Positions 49,784 through 60,183 of a stretch of 64,000 nt of DNA are shown one piece after another. The notes below the pieces were generated by a model, which did no database searches, was not told where the DNA came from, and saw only the letters and a program-made list of their open reading frames with translations. This DNA is from Candidatus Hydrogenedentota bacterium (GTDB lineage Bacteria; Hydrogenedentota; Hydrogenedentia; Hydrogenedentales; SLHB01): contig CAVUWV010000011.1 in NCBI GenBank assembly GCA_963745075.1, positions 96,001 to 160,000 on the forward strand. The letters run 5' to 3'. The translations under genes were made by a program, and so were the position numbers. The stretch's first letter is position 1. Every line of letters begins with the position of its first letter.

Positions 49784-49905
49784 GGTGAACCTACGATAGC
49801 ATCTTTCGGCGCGTAGCTTGAAGGAACGAGATGAAGCTCCTAGACTCTCCGTACCGCGAGTACATGAAACGCTGAACGGTGGGGACGGGCGAGAGGGAAA
49901 CGTTC

Positions 49906-51394
49906 ATGGACACTCCAGTAGATACCGGTATCGCAACTTACGACATTATCGTGGTCGGCGCGGGCGGAAGCGGGCTCGCGGCGGCGGCCAGCGCGGCGGA
50001 ACTCGGCGCCGAGGTGCTGGTACTGGAAAAGCAGTCGGAGCCCGGCGGCAGCACGGCGCTGGCAGTCGGTTCGTTTACCGCCAGCCAGACGCCCATCCAG
50101 GAGTCTGCGGGTGTAACCGACCGGATTGCCGATCATCTGGAAGACATCACCAAGTTTGCGCCCAAGGAATTGGAGTCCCGGAACAACGGCGAACTCCGCA
50201 CGATGCTCGTCCGGGAAGCGCCTGCCACCCTCGAATGGCTGTTGGGTCTCGGACTGACCTTTCACGGTCCCACGCCGGAGCCACCCAACCGGGCCCCGCG
50301 CATGCACAACGTGGTGCCGGGTGCGCGGGCGTACGTGCTCACCCTGCAGCGCCATCTGCTCAAGCACGGGGGGCGTATTCTCTTCGAGTCACCCGTCACG
50401 AAGTTGTTGCAGGAGGAGGACCGGGTCATCGGCGTGGAATGCAATGGTGTTGCCTATCGCTCGCGCCACGGTGTCATATTGGCCGCGGGCGACTATGCCA
50501 GCGCGCCGGAGCTGTTGTCGAAGTACAAGGGTGAGGAATACGCCGCCGTCGAAGGAGTCTGCAAATCCTCTCATGGAGATGGCCACCGCCTCGCGGAATC
50601 GGTGGGCGCCGAACTCATCAACATGGACGTAACCTACGGACCCGAACTGCGATTCGTTCCGCCCGAGAAACTCAGCCTGCTGCGACGCCTTCCGGCGGAA
50701 GGCCCCGTGCGCCGCGCCATCAGTTTGGTGATGCCGTTGACGCCCAAGGTCGTTATGGATGCCGTCATCAAACGCGAACTGGTCACGTGGCAACACCCGG
50801 AAGACGCGCTATTCGCCAGCGGCGCCATTTTGGTGAATCGCGACGGGGAGCGGTTCTGCGACGAAGCCGTCTCGCCGGAACGCGAGATTGCCGTGTCGAA
50901 TCAGCCCGGCAAGATCGCGTACCTGTTGCTCGACCGGCGGCTCTGCGAGGAATACAGCGCGTGGCCCCACTACATTTCGACCGCTCCGGAAATAGCCTAC
51001 GCCTACGTCGAGGATTACCTCCGGTTGCGTCCGGATATTGCGGTAAAGGGCGCAACCCTGCGCGAGGTGGCCGGAGGCGCGGGGAATCCCGCCTGCGACC
51101 CTCGAACAAACCGTGAACGAATTCAACGAAACTGCCGACGCTCCATTGACCGAGGGACCCTGGGTATTGCTGGGTCCGGCGAAAGCCTATTTCACGATTA
51201 CGGAAGGGAGTCCGGCCGTGAACCGGAACTTGCAGGTGCTGGATGACGTGGGTCATCCCATCCCGGGCCTTTATGCCGTCGGCCAGAATGGAATCGGCGG
51301 GCAAATACTTTGGGGACACGGCCTGCACATCGCCTGGGCCATGACCAGCGGGCGCCTCGTCGGAACGGCACTCGCACGTGCGAGGTATGTATGA
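49906..51394 (+). pseudogene. FAD-dependent oxidoreductase (fumarate reductase/flavocytochrome flavoprotein-like), frameshifted
   Basis: VVGAGGSG, GDGH, ILVNRDGERF in one frame; GIPPATLEQTVNEFN..PIPGLYAVG..GHGLHIAWAMTSG in the next. One extra base near 51073-51085. Confidence 0.8.
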
Positions 51395-53085
51395 GCGATC
51401 ACCTGACCCGACGCGTATTTCTAAAGCAGACTGGGCTTTCCGCCGCCGCGATGGCAGGTGCGGCTGCGGCACGTGCGCAACCGACCGAGGGGGGAGTTAT
51501 GTCTGTCGAGCAACATCGGGTCATTGAGATTCAATGGGAGTCGATGGTTCATTATCCGGACGCGTACAACGACGTGGACGTAGACGTCGTCTGCACGCGG
51601 CCGGACGGTTCCACTTTCGCCGCGCCGGCGTTTTGGGACGGCGGTACGACCTGGAAGTTTCGTTTCGCGGGCGGCCAGCCGGGCGAGTACAAGATCGAGT
51701 CCCGCTCCAACCGGGTCGACGACGCCGGGCTTAACGCGCAACGAGCGATCGTACACGTCGCGCCCGCCGTCGGAGACAATCCCCTCTTTCGCTATGGCCG
51801 GTTGCGCGTTGCCCAGGAGAAGCGACATTTCGAACACACGGATGGTACACCCTTTCTCTGGATCGGCGACACCTGGTGGATGGGCCTGACGCCACGGCTC
51901 GATTGGCCGGATGGATTTCAATGGCTTGCCAAGGACCGCGTCGAAAAGGGTTTCAATGTCATCCAGATCATCGCCGGCCCCTATCCCGACATGGACGCCT
52001 GGGACCCGCGCGGCAAGAATGAAGCCGGCTTCCCCTTCGAGGAAGGGTTCGCGCGCATCAATCCCGAGTACTACCAATACGCCGATCGCAAACTGCAATA
52101 CCTCGTCGAGTCCGGCCTCATGCCGTGCATCGTCGGCATGTGGGGGTACTACCTACCGCAACTCGGCGTGGACAAAGTTAAACGATTCTGGCGCTATCTC
52201 GTCGCGCGGTACGGGGCCTATCCTGTCGCATGGTGCCTGTGCGGCGAGGGAACCATGCCCTATTACTTGAGTAAGAACCGCGACGTAGACGCCGCGGCGC
52301 AAAAGGCGGGTTGGACCGAGGTCATGGCCTACGTGCGCCAGATTGACGGGTATCACAATCCCATCAGCATTCATCCCACGCACTACGGCCGCGAGCAGGT
52401 GGAAGACCCGAGTCTCATGGATTTCGAGATGCTCCAGACCGGTCACGGCGACATCGATAGCGTGCCCAACGTGATCAAATCGGTTCGTCAGTCGGTCACT
52501 GCCGAGCCGGTCATGCCCGTCGTGAATTCCGAAGTGAACTACGAGGGCATCATGGGCCGGAGCTGGCAGAACATCCAGCGCCTCGATTTCTATCACACCA
52601 TGATGAACGGCGCGGCGGGCTTCACCTACGGCGCAAACGGCATCTGGCAACTCAATACGGAGGACCAGCCCTACGGTCCCTCACCCCACGGCCGGTCCTG
52701 GGGCAGCACGCCCTGGCGGGAAGCGGCTCAACTGCCCGGTTCGCGTCAAGTCGGCCTCGGCGGCCAGTTCTTCCGCCAGTTCCCGTGGTGGGAACTCGAG
52801 CATCACCCGGAGTGGATCGACGAGTCCAAGAAGGAAAACGATGCCTACGGTCCCATCGCCGTGGGGATCCCGGGCAAACTGCGAATCGTGTATTCGCCCC
52901 ATTGTTGGAACCCACCCACCGTACATGCGTTGGAGCCGGATGTAACCTACACCGCGTCTTGGTTCGATCCCGTTACCGGAAAGGAAACATCGATAGGACC
53001 TGTCGAGCCGGACGGCACCAATTCATGGACGCCTCCGTTCCCGTCTGAGGTCCACGATTGGCTCCTGGTGCTCCGCCCACAGTAG
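51391..53085 (+). CDS. Tat-exported DUF5060/DUF4038 (apiosidase-like GH140-type) protein with C-terminal collagen-binding-like domain
   Basis: TRRVFLK Tat motif; FWDGG, PFLWIGDTWW, LVARYGA, QTGH, SEVNYE, GFTYG, WFDPVTG. Confidence 0.82.
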   Translation: MSDHLTRRVFLKQTGLSAAAMAGAAAARAQPTEGGVMSVEQHRVIEIQWESMVHYPDAYNDVDVDVVCTRPDGSTFAAPAFWDGGTTWKFRFAGGQPGEYKIESRSNRVDDAGLNAQRAIVHVAPAVGDNPLFRYGRLRVAQEKRHFEHTDGTPFLWIGDTWWMGLTPRLDWPDGFQWLAKDRVEKGFNVIQIIAGPYPDMDAWDPRGKNEAGFPFEEGFARINPEYYQYADRKLQYLVESGLMPCIVGMWGYYLPQLGVDKVKRFWRYLVARYGAYPVAWCLCGEGTMPYYLSKNRDVDAAAQKAGWTEVMAYVRQIDGYHNPISIHPTHYGREQVEDPSLMDFEMLQTGHGDIDSVPNVIKSVRQSVTAEPVMPVVNSEVNYEGIMGRSWQNIQRLDFYHTMMNGAAGFTYGANGIWQLNTEDQPYGPSPHGRSWGSTPWREAAQLPGSRQVGLGGQFFRQFPWWELEHHPEWIDESKKENDAYGPIAVGIPGKLRIVYSPHCWNPPTVHALEPDVTYTASWFDPVTGKETSIGPVEPDGTNSWTPPFPSEVHDWLLVLRPQ

Positions 53086-53237
53086 CTCGTGGTGAAGATG
53101 GGTTGTGATAAACGACGTTGATCCGTACTATGTCACCCATAATTTGGCATCCATCGAGGAATGTGGGGATGGGCTTTCTGCGTCAACTTCGTTTCCTGTC
53201 GAGTTGAGCCCAGTTCGAGAATGGGGAGGAGACAGAA

Positions 53238-54233
53238 ATGGCGTTTCCACAACGTGTCATTTTCTTCGGGATTCTGGTATGTGTCATTCCTGTGCCGATA
53301 GTCTCTGCGGCGCCGATTACTTCAGGGAACATCCTCATCAGCACTTCCAAAGTGTTATACGAATACACGCCCGCGGGGGTATTTGTGCAGTCCTTTCCAA
53401 TCCCGTACCCAACCGGCCCCTACCCCCCTACGGAATATGCACGGGATATTGCGGTCAGAACGGGAGACCCCGGCGTCCACGTTTACAACGGAACGTTTGA
53501 TCCTTATCTCAGCACATTGGATACGACCACCTCGATGTGGAGTCATGAGACCTTTGCGGGTTGGAGCACTGTGAACAATGGATCGTACGGTGGAATCGCT
53601 GTTGGTGGGGCGTATGTGTTTGTAACAGATATGGATACGGTCGGTGCTGCCGAGAAGGGCGTGCTTCGGTTCGATTCCGGTGGCAGCACGATCCGTTTCG
53701 CGACCGGTGTTGATCCAATCGATCTTAATATGGGCCTCAACGGATTGTTGTATGTACTGGATGGGCGATACATCTACGTGTACGATCCGGAGACCTTCGT
53801 GTTGCTACAAACGATAGACTTGTTCACGAAGATCATGCCCGCGGACTACCGTTCGATCGCGGCCAACCGTTCCGGCCAAATCTTTGTTGCCGACTGGGAT
53901 GGAAATGTTTATAAGACAGACTTTTTGGGGAATTCGATCGCGTCCATCAATTTGACAGGTGTTGCAACGAGCAACGACCTAATCGATATTGACATATCCG
54001 GCTCGAGAGTCGTCGTTGTCGGCGACAGGGGCGGCGGTGTGACGGTGATGGACGAGAGTTTCAGTGCTCCGACCTCGTTTTCTGTGGGTTCTTTGGGAAT
54101 CTTCGTTGCCATGGACGCGAATCCTCCCATCGGCGTACCCATTTCGCCGTTTGCGGTTGGGATCTTGGCCCTGTTCTTGCCGGTCGCCGGATACGTTGTG
54201 CTACGTCGAATGGAACGTGACCGCGTTTACTGA
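53238..54233 (+). CDS. secreted beta-propeller protein with C-terminal sorting-signal-like tail
   Basis: GGAGGAG RBS, signal peptide, NHL/SGL-like blades; tail VPISPFAVGILALFLPVAGYVVLRR (motif, TM, basic). Confidence 0.7.
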   Translation: MAFPQRVIFFGILVCVIPVPIVSAAPITSGNILISTSKVLYEYTPAGVFVQSFPIPYPTGPYPPTEYARDIAVRTGDPGVHVYNGTFDPYLSTLDTTTSMWSHETFAGWSTVNNGSYGGIAVGGAYVFVTDMDTVGAAEKGVLRFDSGGSTIRFATGVDPIDLNMGLNGLLYVLDGRYIYVYDPETFVLLQTIDLFTKIMPADYRSIAANRSGQIFVADWDGNVYKTDFLGNSIASINLTGVATSNDLIDIDISGSRVVVVGDRGGGVTVMDESFSAPTSFSVGSLGIFVAMDANPPIGVPISPFAVGILALFLPVAGYVVLRRMERDRVY

Positions 54234-55078
54234 AACACGATGGTTCGTTGCGCGTCGCGGATGACGCGGTGGTCCAGGTAAGCGTGGATCGCGTTGGCGA
54301 GGGCGAGCTTCTCGAGGTTGCGGCCTTTGCGTTTCAGGTCGTCAACCGTATCCTTGTAATACACGCGTTCGACCATCTGCTCGATGATAGGGCCTTCGTC
54401 CAGGGCCGGCGTCACGTAGTGGGCCGTGGCCCCGATGATCTTCACACCGCGGTCGTAAGCTTGCCGGTACGGGTCCGCCCCCTTGAACGACGGCAAAAAG
54501 CTGTGGTGGATGTTTAGAATATCCTTCTTGTACGCCGCGAGAAATCCGTCGGACACGATCCGCATGTAACGTGCGAATACCAGGAAATCGGTTGTGCCCT
54601 GAACGAGATCCAGGATCTCCTGCTCGGCCTTCAGCTTGGTCTCGGGTGTCACGGGAACGTGGTGATAAGGAATGCCGTATCGTTCGACCAATTCCCGGCA
54701 ATCCTCATGGTTGCTGATAACCAGCGGGATCTCCACCTTGAACTCGCCGCTGCGATGCCGGTACAGCAAGTCGAACAGGCAATGGTCCTGCTTTGACACC
54801 AGGATCCCCATACGTGGCGTTTCCGTGGCGTAGTGGATAGACCACTTGGCCTCGAGTTCATCGGCAACCGCGACCCAGTCTTGCTCGAAGGATTCGCGGT
54901 TGACCTTGTCCTCCTCCAACGAAAACAACAGCCGCATAAAGAAGCGGCCGCCCTCGGGATCGGTCGTGTGCTGATCGGAGGTCAGAATGTTGCACTCATG
55001 CCGGAAAACGAAGTCCGACACGCGCGCTACAATCCCCTTCTTATCCGGACACTGAATCAACAACACCGTTTGCGTCAT
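54227..55078 (-). CDS. purU: formyltetrahydrofolate deformylase
   Basis: CPDKKGIV ACT domain, VSKQDHCL, ARYM, NIHHSFLPSFKGA, GATAHYVT, LDEGPII. Confidence 0.96.
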   Translation of the reverse strand: MTQTVLLIQCPDKKGIVARVSDFVFRHECNILTSDQHTTDPEGGRFFMRLLFSLEEDKVNRESFEQDWVAVADELEAKWSIHYATETPRMGILVSKQDHCLFDLLYRHRSGEFKVEIPLVISNHEDCRELVERYGIPYHHVPVTPETKLKAEQEILDLVQGTTDFLVFARYMRIVSDGFLAAYKKDILNIHHSFLPSFKGADPYRQAYDRGVKIIGATAHYVTPALDEGPIIEQMVERVYYKDTVDDLKRKGRNLEKLALANAIHAYLDHRVIRDAQRTIVFQ

Positions 55079-55105
55079 GACTCCCCCTCAATCGTCCTTT
55101 CTACT

Positions 55106-56661
55106 TCAATGTGGCCTGGCTCGGTGGAACGTTGCGGAAAAGTTCCGGTCTGCCTCCCGTCCGTAAGATTCCTCCATGGTCGGCAATGGCGGGAAGGCAT
55201 CGACCGCCGCCATTCCAAAGTCCGGCGCCAGCGATTTCAGCATGGAATCCGTGTCGGACTTTGTCTGCGCGCTCTTAAAATTCTCACGATAAATCGTTGC
55301 CCGCCGGTACGATTCCTGGGATAAGTGCGTCGGATTGTCCATGTGACTGAACATCGTGCTTTCCAGCCGAATCGTTTCGGTGGTGTCGTCGTAATACACA
55401 TCAAGAATCCGGCCTTCCTGCGGATAGTCGATGATAGCGTCGGTTTGGATCTCATAGTAGGGATACGCGCCATCCACCAGCGTGACGAAGTTCTGGTGGG
55501 TGTGGCCGCAGATATGGGCGATGATATTCGGCTGGCTCGCGATGTAGTCGCGCCATTCTTTAGTGCGGACCTGCGGTTCCGGATAGGGGAGATCGAAATC
55601 CTCGGACGGATGATGGGACGCCAGGAGCACGAATTCATCGTGGGCCTGCGCGTCCGCGATCTCGACTTTCACAAAGTTCTCAAACTGTTCCCGCGTCATC
55701 ACGCCGTAGTGCGCCGGCAATCCGTACGGCGGCTTCGGAGCGGCCGTGTCCATGACGACCAAACGGACCGGTACGCCTGCTTTGGGTTTGACGGAATACC
55801 GCGGCAATCCGCTCGACAGGTTCTCGCTGGTGAATCCGTGACCGACCGGCATCGTCGTGGTATCGAAATGCTCCTCCATGAACGAGAGCCGGTCGGTGTA
55901 CTGGCGGTTCACGTCCTGAACGATGCGGCCCGCCTCCAATTGCCCCAGGAGGAGTTGCAGGGTGTCCGGGTCGATGGGTTCCTCGCTGCCGCGAATGATG
56001 GCCGGGCTGTACAGGCTGGTCGGTTCCAGGGCGTCGAGCAATGGATCGATAAGGTGCAGCCCCAGCACCGCCGCCACGGGCCGAAGCAATGGGGCATTCC
56101 ATGTTCCGGATCGGATGCGCTGCGGTCAACGCCAAACACGCCGACGGACAAATTGTCATGGTTCCCGTACACCGTATACCAGGGGATGCTGGGATCGAGC
56201 CCCTCGGCCTGAAACCCAAGCTTGGGATTGTCCTCCGGCGGCACGTCGCGAAGCTCGCCATCGGTGTCGCCCGAGTCGGGGACGATCCACTTGCCGTCCA
56301 TGGTGTCGATAAACCAGCGGAGTTCGTTGTGTTGCGCGCTGTCCGTAAGGTCGCCGGTCACGATGACGAAATCGATGGAGTATGCAACGCCGTTCTTGTC
56401 CGAATTGCGATCGTTGATTACACGAATCGTAGCGTCCAGCGTTTGCGTCTCATAGGCCTCTTGCGGCCGCCAGGCGGAGTTCGTGAGCGCCGCCGCGCGC
56501 ACCGCACGATTCGGGCTCTCGTCATCCACGATATGCACGTCGGAAATCTGCGCAATGCGCAGCCAGTGCACGCCGCCCGTGGCGGGCGCGATCGTGTCGC
56601 TGGCTTGCTGCGGGCAGCCCGTCAGCACCGCCAGGCAAATCGTCGCGACGAACCATCCCAT
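55106..56661 (-). pseudogene. lipoprotein metallophosphoesterase (calcineurin-like), frameshifted
   Basis: Lipobox LTGC; SDVH, GDLTD, GNHD in the 5' frame; ASHH, CGHTH in the 3' frame. Inserting one T near 56101 (CAT-TGG-AAT) fuses them. Confidence 0.8.
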
Positions 56662-56877
56662 TGCGGTCCCGCCACGTCTGAACTCGGATCGATTCTGCAT
56701 GATTCCTGTCACCTCGTGTGGGTCCGTAGTATGATGAGCCATCAGTTTCGCGCCGTTCGCGTTCGGGAACACGATTCCCCGCGGAACGGTTATCTACAAA
56801 CGTCCTGGGTGAAAGCATAACAGAATCCCTGCGGAAACCGGATTGTGCGGGCGCAGGGCCAACACGGAGGAGGGAAG

Positions 56878-57060
56878 ATGGTCAACGTTTCGTGGGATGA
56901 GGATACCTGTTTTGAGAGCGGCGACTGCTGCAGCCTGCTTCCGAAGGTCTTCAAGTTCGAAGACGACAAGCTCGTAATCGACACCTCCGGCGCGTCCGAA
57001 GAAGCGATTCGCGACGCCGTGTCACGCTGTCCATCCGGCGCGCTGCAGATCGAAGAATAA
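56878..57060 (+). CDS. small single-cluster ferredoxin (60 aa)
   Basis: GGAGGAGG RBS; CFESGDCC..LPKVF..CPSGAL. Confidence 0.85.
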   Translation: MVNVSWDEDTCFESGDCCSLLPKVFKFEDDKLVIDTSGASEEAIRDAVSRCPSGALQIEE

Positions 57061-57071
57061 CCCAATTGCGT

Positions 57072-57117
57072 GCTCCGTGGACGGGAGGCGTGCTCGCGTC
57101 CATCCCGTCCACGGAGT
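57072..57117. terminator. hairpin between convergent genes
   Basis: CTCCGTGGACGGGA ... TCCCGTCCACGGAG, perfect 14-bp stem. Confidence 0.7.
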
Positions 57118-57135
57118 GGCAGGGGAGGGGAAAGG

Positions 57136-57861
57136 TCAGGTAACGACTGCTTTCTTCTTCACGATGACTGTGTAAACGCTCCCGGCGTTCGCCATCGTGA
57201 GGGAATCCGGATCGATGGGAGCGTTCAGCGAAAACGATCCTTTGAACGGCTGCTGCGTATCTGCATTCTTGGTTGCCCCCGACGTATTGCCTTCGATCTG
57301 GATGGTCTGGTTCTTCGCCGCCGCCGTCAAACTGGACACGTTCACTTTCCCAAAATCCATCTCGAGCCGGTAACTGTCCGGAGTTTCCGAAATTGACACG
57401 TCCGGCACATGCACCGCTTCCGCGGTCCGCTCGGCGGGCGGCTGTTTCCCAGCCGGTGCGCTTGGCTGTTGCGGGGCCGGCGTGACGCCCGAAGCCGAAT
57501 CATAGGTTCCCGACAATTGCCGCACCATGTCGAGCAATTGCTGGACGGTGCCGCTCGAATCCGGGCCAAGCAGGCCCTGCAAATTCTTCAGGGACCGATC
57601 GAGATCCGGGGCCGGGGCGGCGGGCGTGCTCTCATCCGGGCCGTGGTTGCTCGGCGTCTGAGCTTGCGGCAATGCCGCGTTCACGTCCAGGAGCGCGTTC
57701 AGCTCGGGAGAATTGGCGAGTTCGCCGTAGACTCCATTCAAGGCGGTCACCACGTTCCGTTGGAGATAGAACAGGTATGCCGCCTGGCCCACGACGACCG
57801 CCAACGCGACGATCACCAGGACCGCCAACCACGGGCGGCCTTTTCGCTTTTCATCGGACAT
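57136..57861 (-). CDS. membrane-anchored protein with C-terminal Hsp20/alpha-crystallin-like domain
   Basis: GGAAAGGAAG upstream of MSDEKRKGR; TM helix; PDVSISETPDSYRLEMDF..IQIEG..FKGSFSLNAPIDPD..VYTVIVKK. Confidence 0.65.
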   Translation of the reverse strand: MSDEKRKGRPWLAVLVIVALAVVVGQAAYLFYLQRNVVTALNGVYGELANSPELNALLDVNAALPQAQTPSNHGPDESTPAAPAPDLDRSLKNLQGLLGPDSSGTVQQLLDMVRQLSGTYDSASGVTPAPQQPSAPAGKQPPAERTAEAVHVPDVSISETPDSYRLEMDFGKVNVSSLTAAAKNQTIQIEGNTSGATKNADTQQPFKGSFSLNAPIDPDSLTMANAGSVYTVIVKKKAVVT

Positions 57862-58120
57862 ACGTACTTCCTTTCCACGCGAGATCATTGCGCAATAGTA
57901 AGGAGCAAGAGCCGGGCCAACTTTGTCCAATACGACAGGTCGGGCGTAATCGGCTTGTCAGTATAGAGTTATCGTGCGCCGGTTTCTTCGAGGATTCCAC
58001 ACCGAAATTCCCGAATTCCGGTTATGGCCGGGAGGGAGGCCCGATTTGAGGCGTCACAAGATTTGGCGATAGAGCGCTCAGTGCGTCATCATTCCCGCCG
58101 GTTACAACGGGAGAAGCAGC

Positions 58121-60151
58121 ATGTGGATCAAACAGTTGGTTGGGGCAAGTATTCTTAGTGTCGTTTTCCTGGTTCCGGCATGGGCGGCGACTGTCGACGA
58201 GACAATTGCACAGGCTGGCAACGCCGCGACGGATACCCAGCGGCTGGATATTCTCAAGAGCTTGCGCGGACATGCAGACCTCGATCTGGGTTTAGCCAAG
58301 GATCTCGACTGCTTGATCGAAGAAGTGGACAAGTGGATGCACGATCCCCGGCTCGACTACTTCGGAAACACGATCCTGAAGACCGACCACTATGACTTCG
58401 GGATCGCCGAGGACTCCCCACTGTTTCCATTGACGGAACTGTATCGCGCGCGCATGTTGACGTGGGTCACGTTGGAGTACGGCGGCTTGTGGAGCAACGC
58501 CGAGGCGCGGCGAAAACAATTCGACAAGATCCGGCCGCTTTTCGAGGAGTTGGCGGAAACCTATCCGGAGAACCCGCTCATCAAGATGTATCTGGGGACA
58601 CCCATGCCCGCCGAGTCCACGTATGAGGCGGACCCGAACGCGCCTGGTTGGGCCAACGCCCAGCGCGAAAGTCTCGAACGGATGACCGACATTCTTCACT
58701 GGTGGATCGATCATCGCATGCAACCCGACGGCCAGTACGGCGGTGGTTGGGGCGACGATTGCGAAATGTGGCGCATTTGGATTCCCGTTTTGATCGGGTT
58801 TGACGACCCTGAGGTCACGGCCGCTCAGGAGAAGTTCTCGCGCGCCCTCCTCGCGCAACCCCACATGAGCGAAGGCTATACGAGCCACATGTACGATGTG
58901 GAGCACACGTCGGAGGATTCGGCGGATGCCCTGACGCCCATGATGCTATTGCAACCCCGCAACCCCGAATGGCGCGACAAGGCACTGCGGCTCGCAGAAT
59001 TGATGAAGACCCTCTGGAGCGGCATCAACGACCGCGGCCAACGGCAGTTCAAGAGCATCTACTTCAGCGCGACCGAGATCGACCTCATCCCCAAGCGCGC
59101 GTGCGACACGGTGTACCATCCACGGGCCGTTCAACCCGCGCTCCTCCTCTGGCAACGCACGGGGAACCAAGATCTCGGCGCACTGTTCACGTCCTGGATG
59201 GATACGTGGGTGGACGCGACGGCACGAGGTGAGCGTGGCAAGCCCGCCGGAATCACCCCCAGCGCGATTCATTGGCCGGATGGAAACATCGGCGGCGTCG
59301 GCGAGAACTGGTGGAACCCCGAAGGCCACAGCAGCGACCCGCTCTATGTGTGGCCGAGCGCCATGTCGCTCATGACCCAAACCCTGTTGCTTACGAACCA
59401 CATGTCCGGAGACCCCAAGTATCTGGAACCGCTGCGGTCCATGGCGGAAGCGCGGCGGCGGTTCTTGCACGATCGGCCCGCAGAGATTCCGACGGGGAGC
59501 GAGGCATGGTGCGCAGAGCGGCTCGACGGTCTAACTGGGGTCCTCGCGAAATACCGGTTTCTGACGGGAAGCGATGAGTTTGACGATTTGCTTCGCAGCG
59601 GCGGCAGCGCCTACGTGCGGTACCGGCTGACCGGGGACATGGACACCTTGGACAAAGCGCTCGAACGAACGGCGGCCGCGCTCCGCATCAATTTTCCCGG
59701 TTTCACCAGCGAAGTGCGCTACACCGATCGCGTGATGCGCTTCCCCGCAATCTTCGGGAAGAACGGCATGTTCCCCGACGGGAAACCGGGTATCAACACA
59801 CCCGATACGACGCTCCTCTATGCGACGGTGAGCGGCGATCCCGACCATCCGCAGGTATTCCCATTCAACGCCGTACGCTGGCTGACCCCGGCGCGGGATA
59901 TTGCGGCGTTGGTCACCGACGCGAAACCGGACACGTTCGAGGCTACGCTCTACCACTTCGGCGAGGCGCCTCGTGAAATGGCGGCGGAGTTTTACTTGCT
60001 GAAGCCCGGCGCATATACCCTGCAAATCAAACCGGGCGCACCGGACGAGGAATCAACCGCACAGATTCAGGTTGACGGTCCCGGCACAGTCGTGTCGTTC
60101 ACGTTGCCTGCAAGAAAGACCTGCGTGCTTAAGATCTCTCCCACGAAGTGA
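58121..60151 (+). CDS. secreted hypothetical protein (probable alpha/alpha barrel enzyme)
   Basis: Signal peptide; GQYGGGWGDDCE and DVEHTSED motifs; host-like codon usage. Confidence 0.75.
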   Translation: MWIKQLVGASILSVVFLVPAWAATVDETIAQAGNAATDTQRLDILKSLRGHADLDLGLAKDLDCLIEEVDKWMHDPRLDYFGNTILKTDHYDFGIAEDSPLFPLTELYRARMLTWVTLEYGGLWSNAEARRKQFDKIRPLFEELAETYPENPLIKMYLGTPMPAESTYEADPNAPGWANAQRESLERMTDILHWWIDHRMQPDGQYGGGWGDDCEMWRIWIPVLIGFDDPEVTAAQEKFSRALLAQPHMSEGYTSHMYDVEHTSEDSADALTPMMLLQPRNPEWRDKALRLAELMKTLWSGINDRGQRQFKSIYFSATEIDLIPKRACDTVYHPRAVQPALLLWQRTGNQDLGALFTSWMDTWVDATARGERGKPAGITPSAIHWPDGNIGGVGENWWNPEGHSSDPLYVWPSAMSLMTQTLLLTNHMSGDPKYLEPLRSMAEARRRFLHDRPAEIPTGSEAWCAERLDGLTGVLAKYRFLTGSDEFDDLLRSGGSAYVRYRLTGDMDTLDKALERTAAALRINFPGFTSEVRYTDRVMRFPAIFGKNGMFPDGKPGINTPDTTLLYATVSGDPDHPQVFPFNAVRWLTPARDIAALVTDAKPDTFEATLYHFGEAPREMAAEFYLLKPGAYTLQIKPGAPDEESTAQIQVDGPGTVVSFTLPARKTCVLKISPTK

Positions 60152-60183
60152 CGCAAAACGCGGACGCACAAGGAGGGGTGGGG

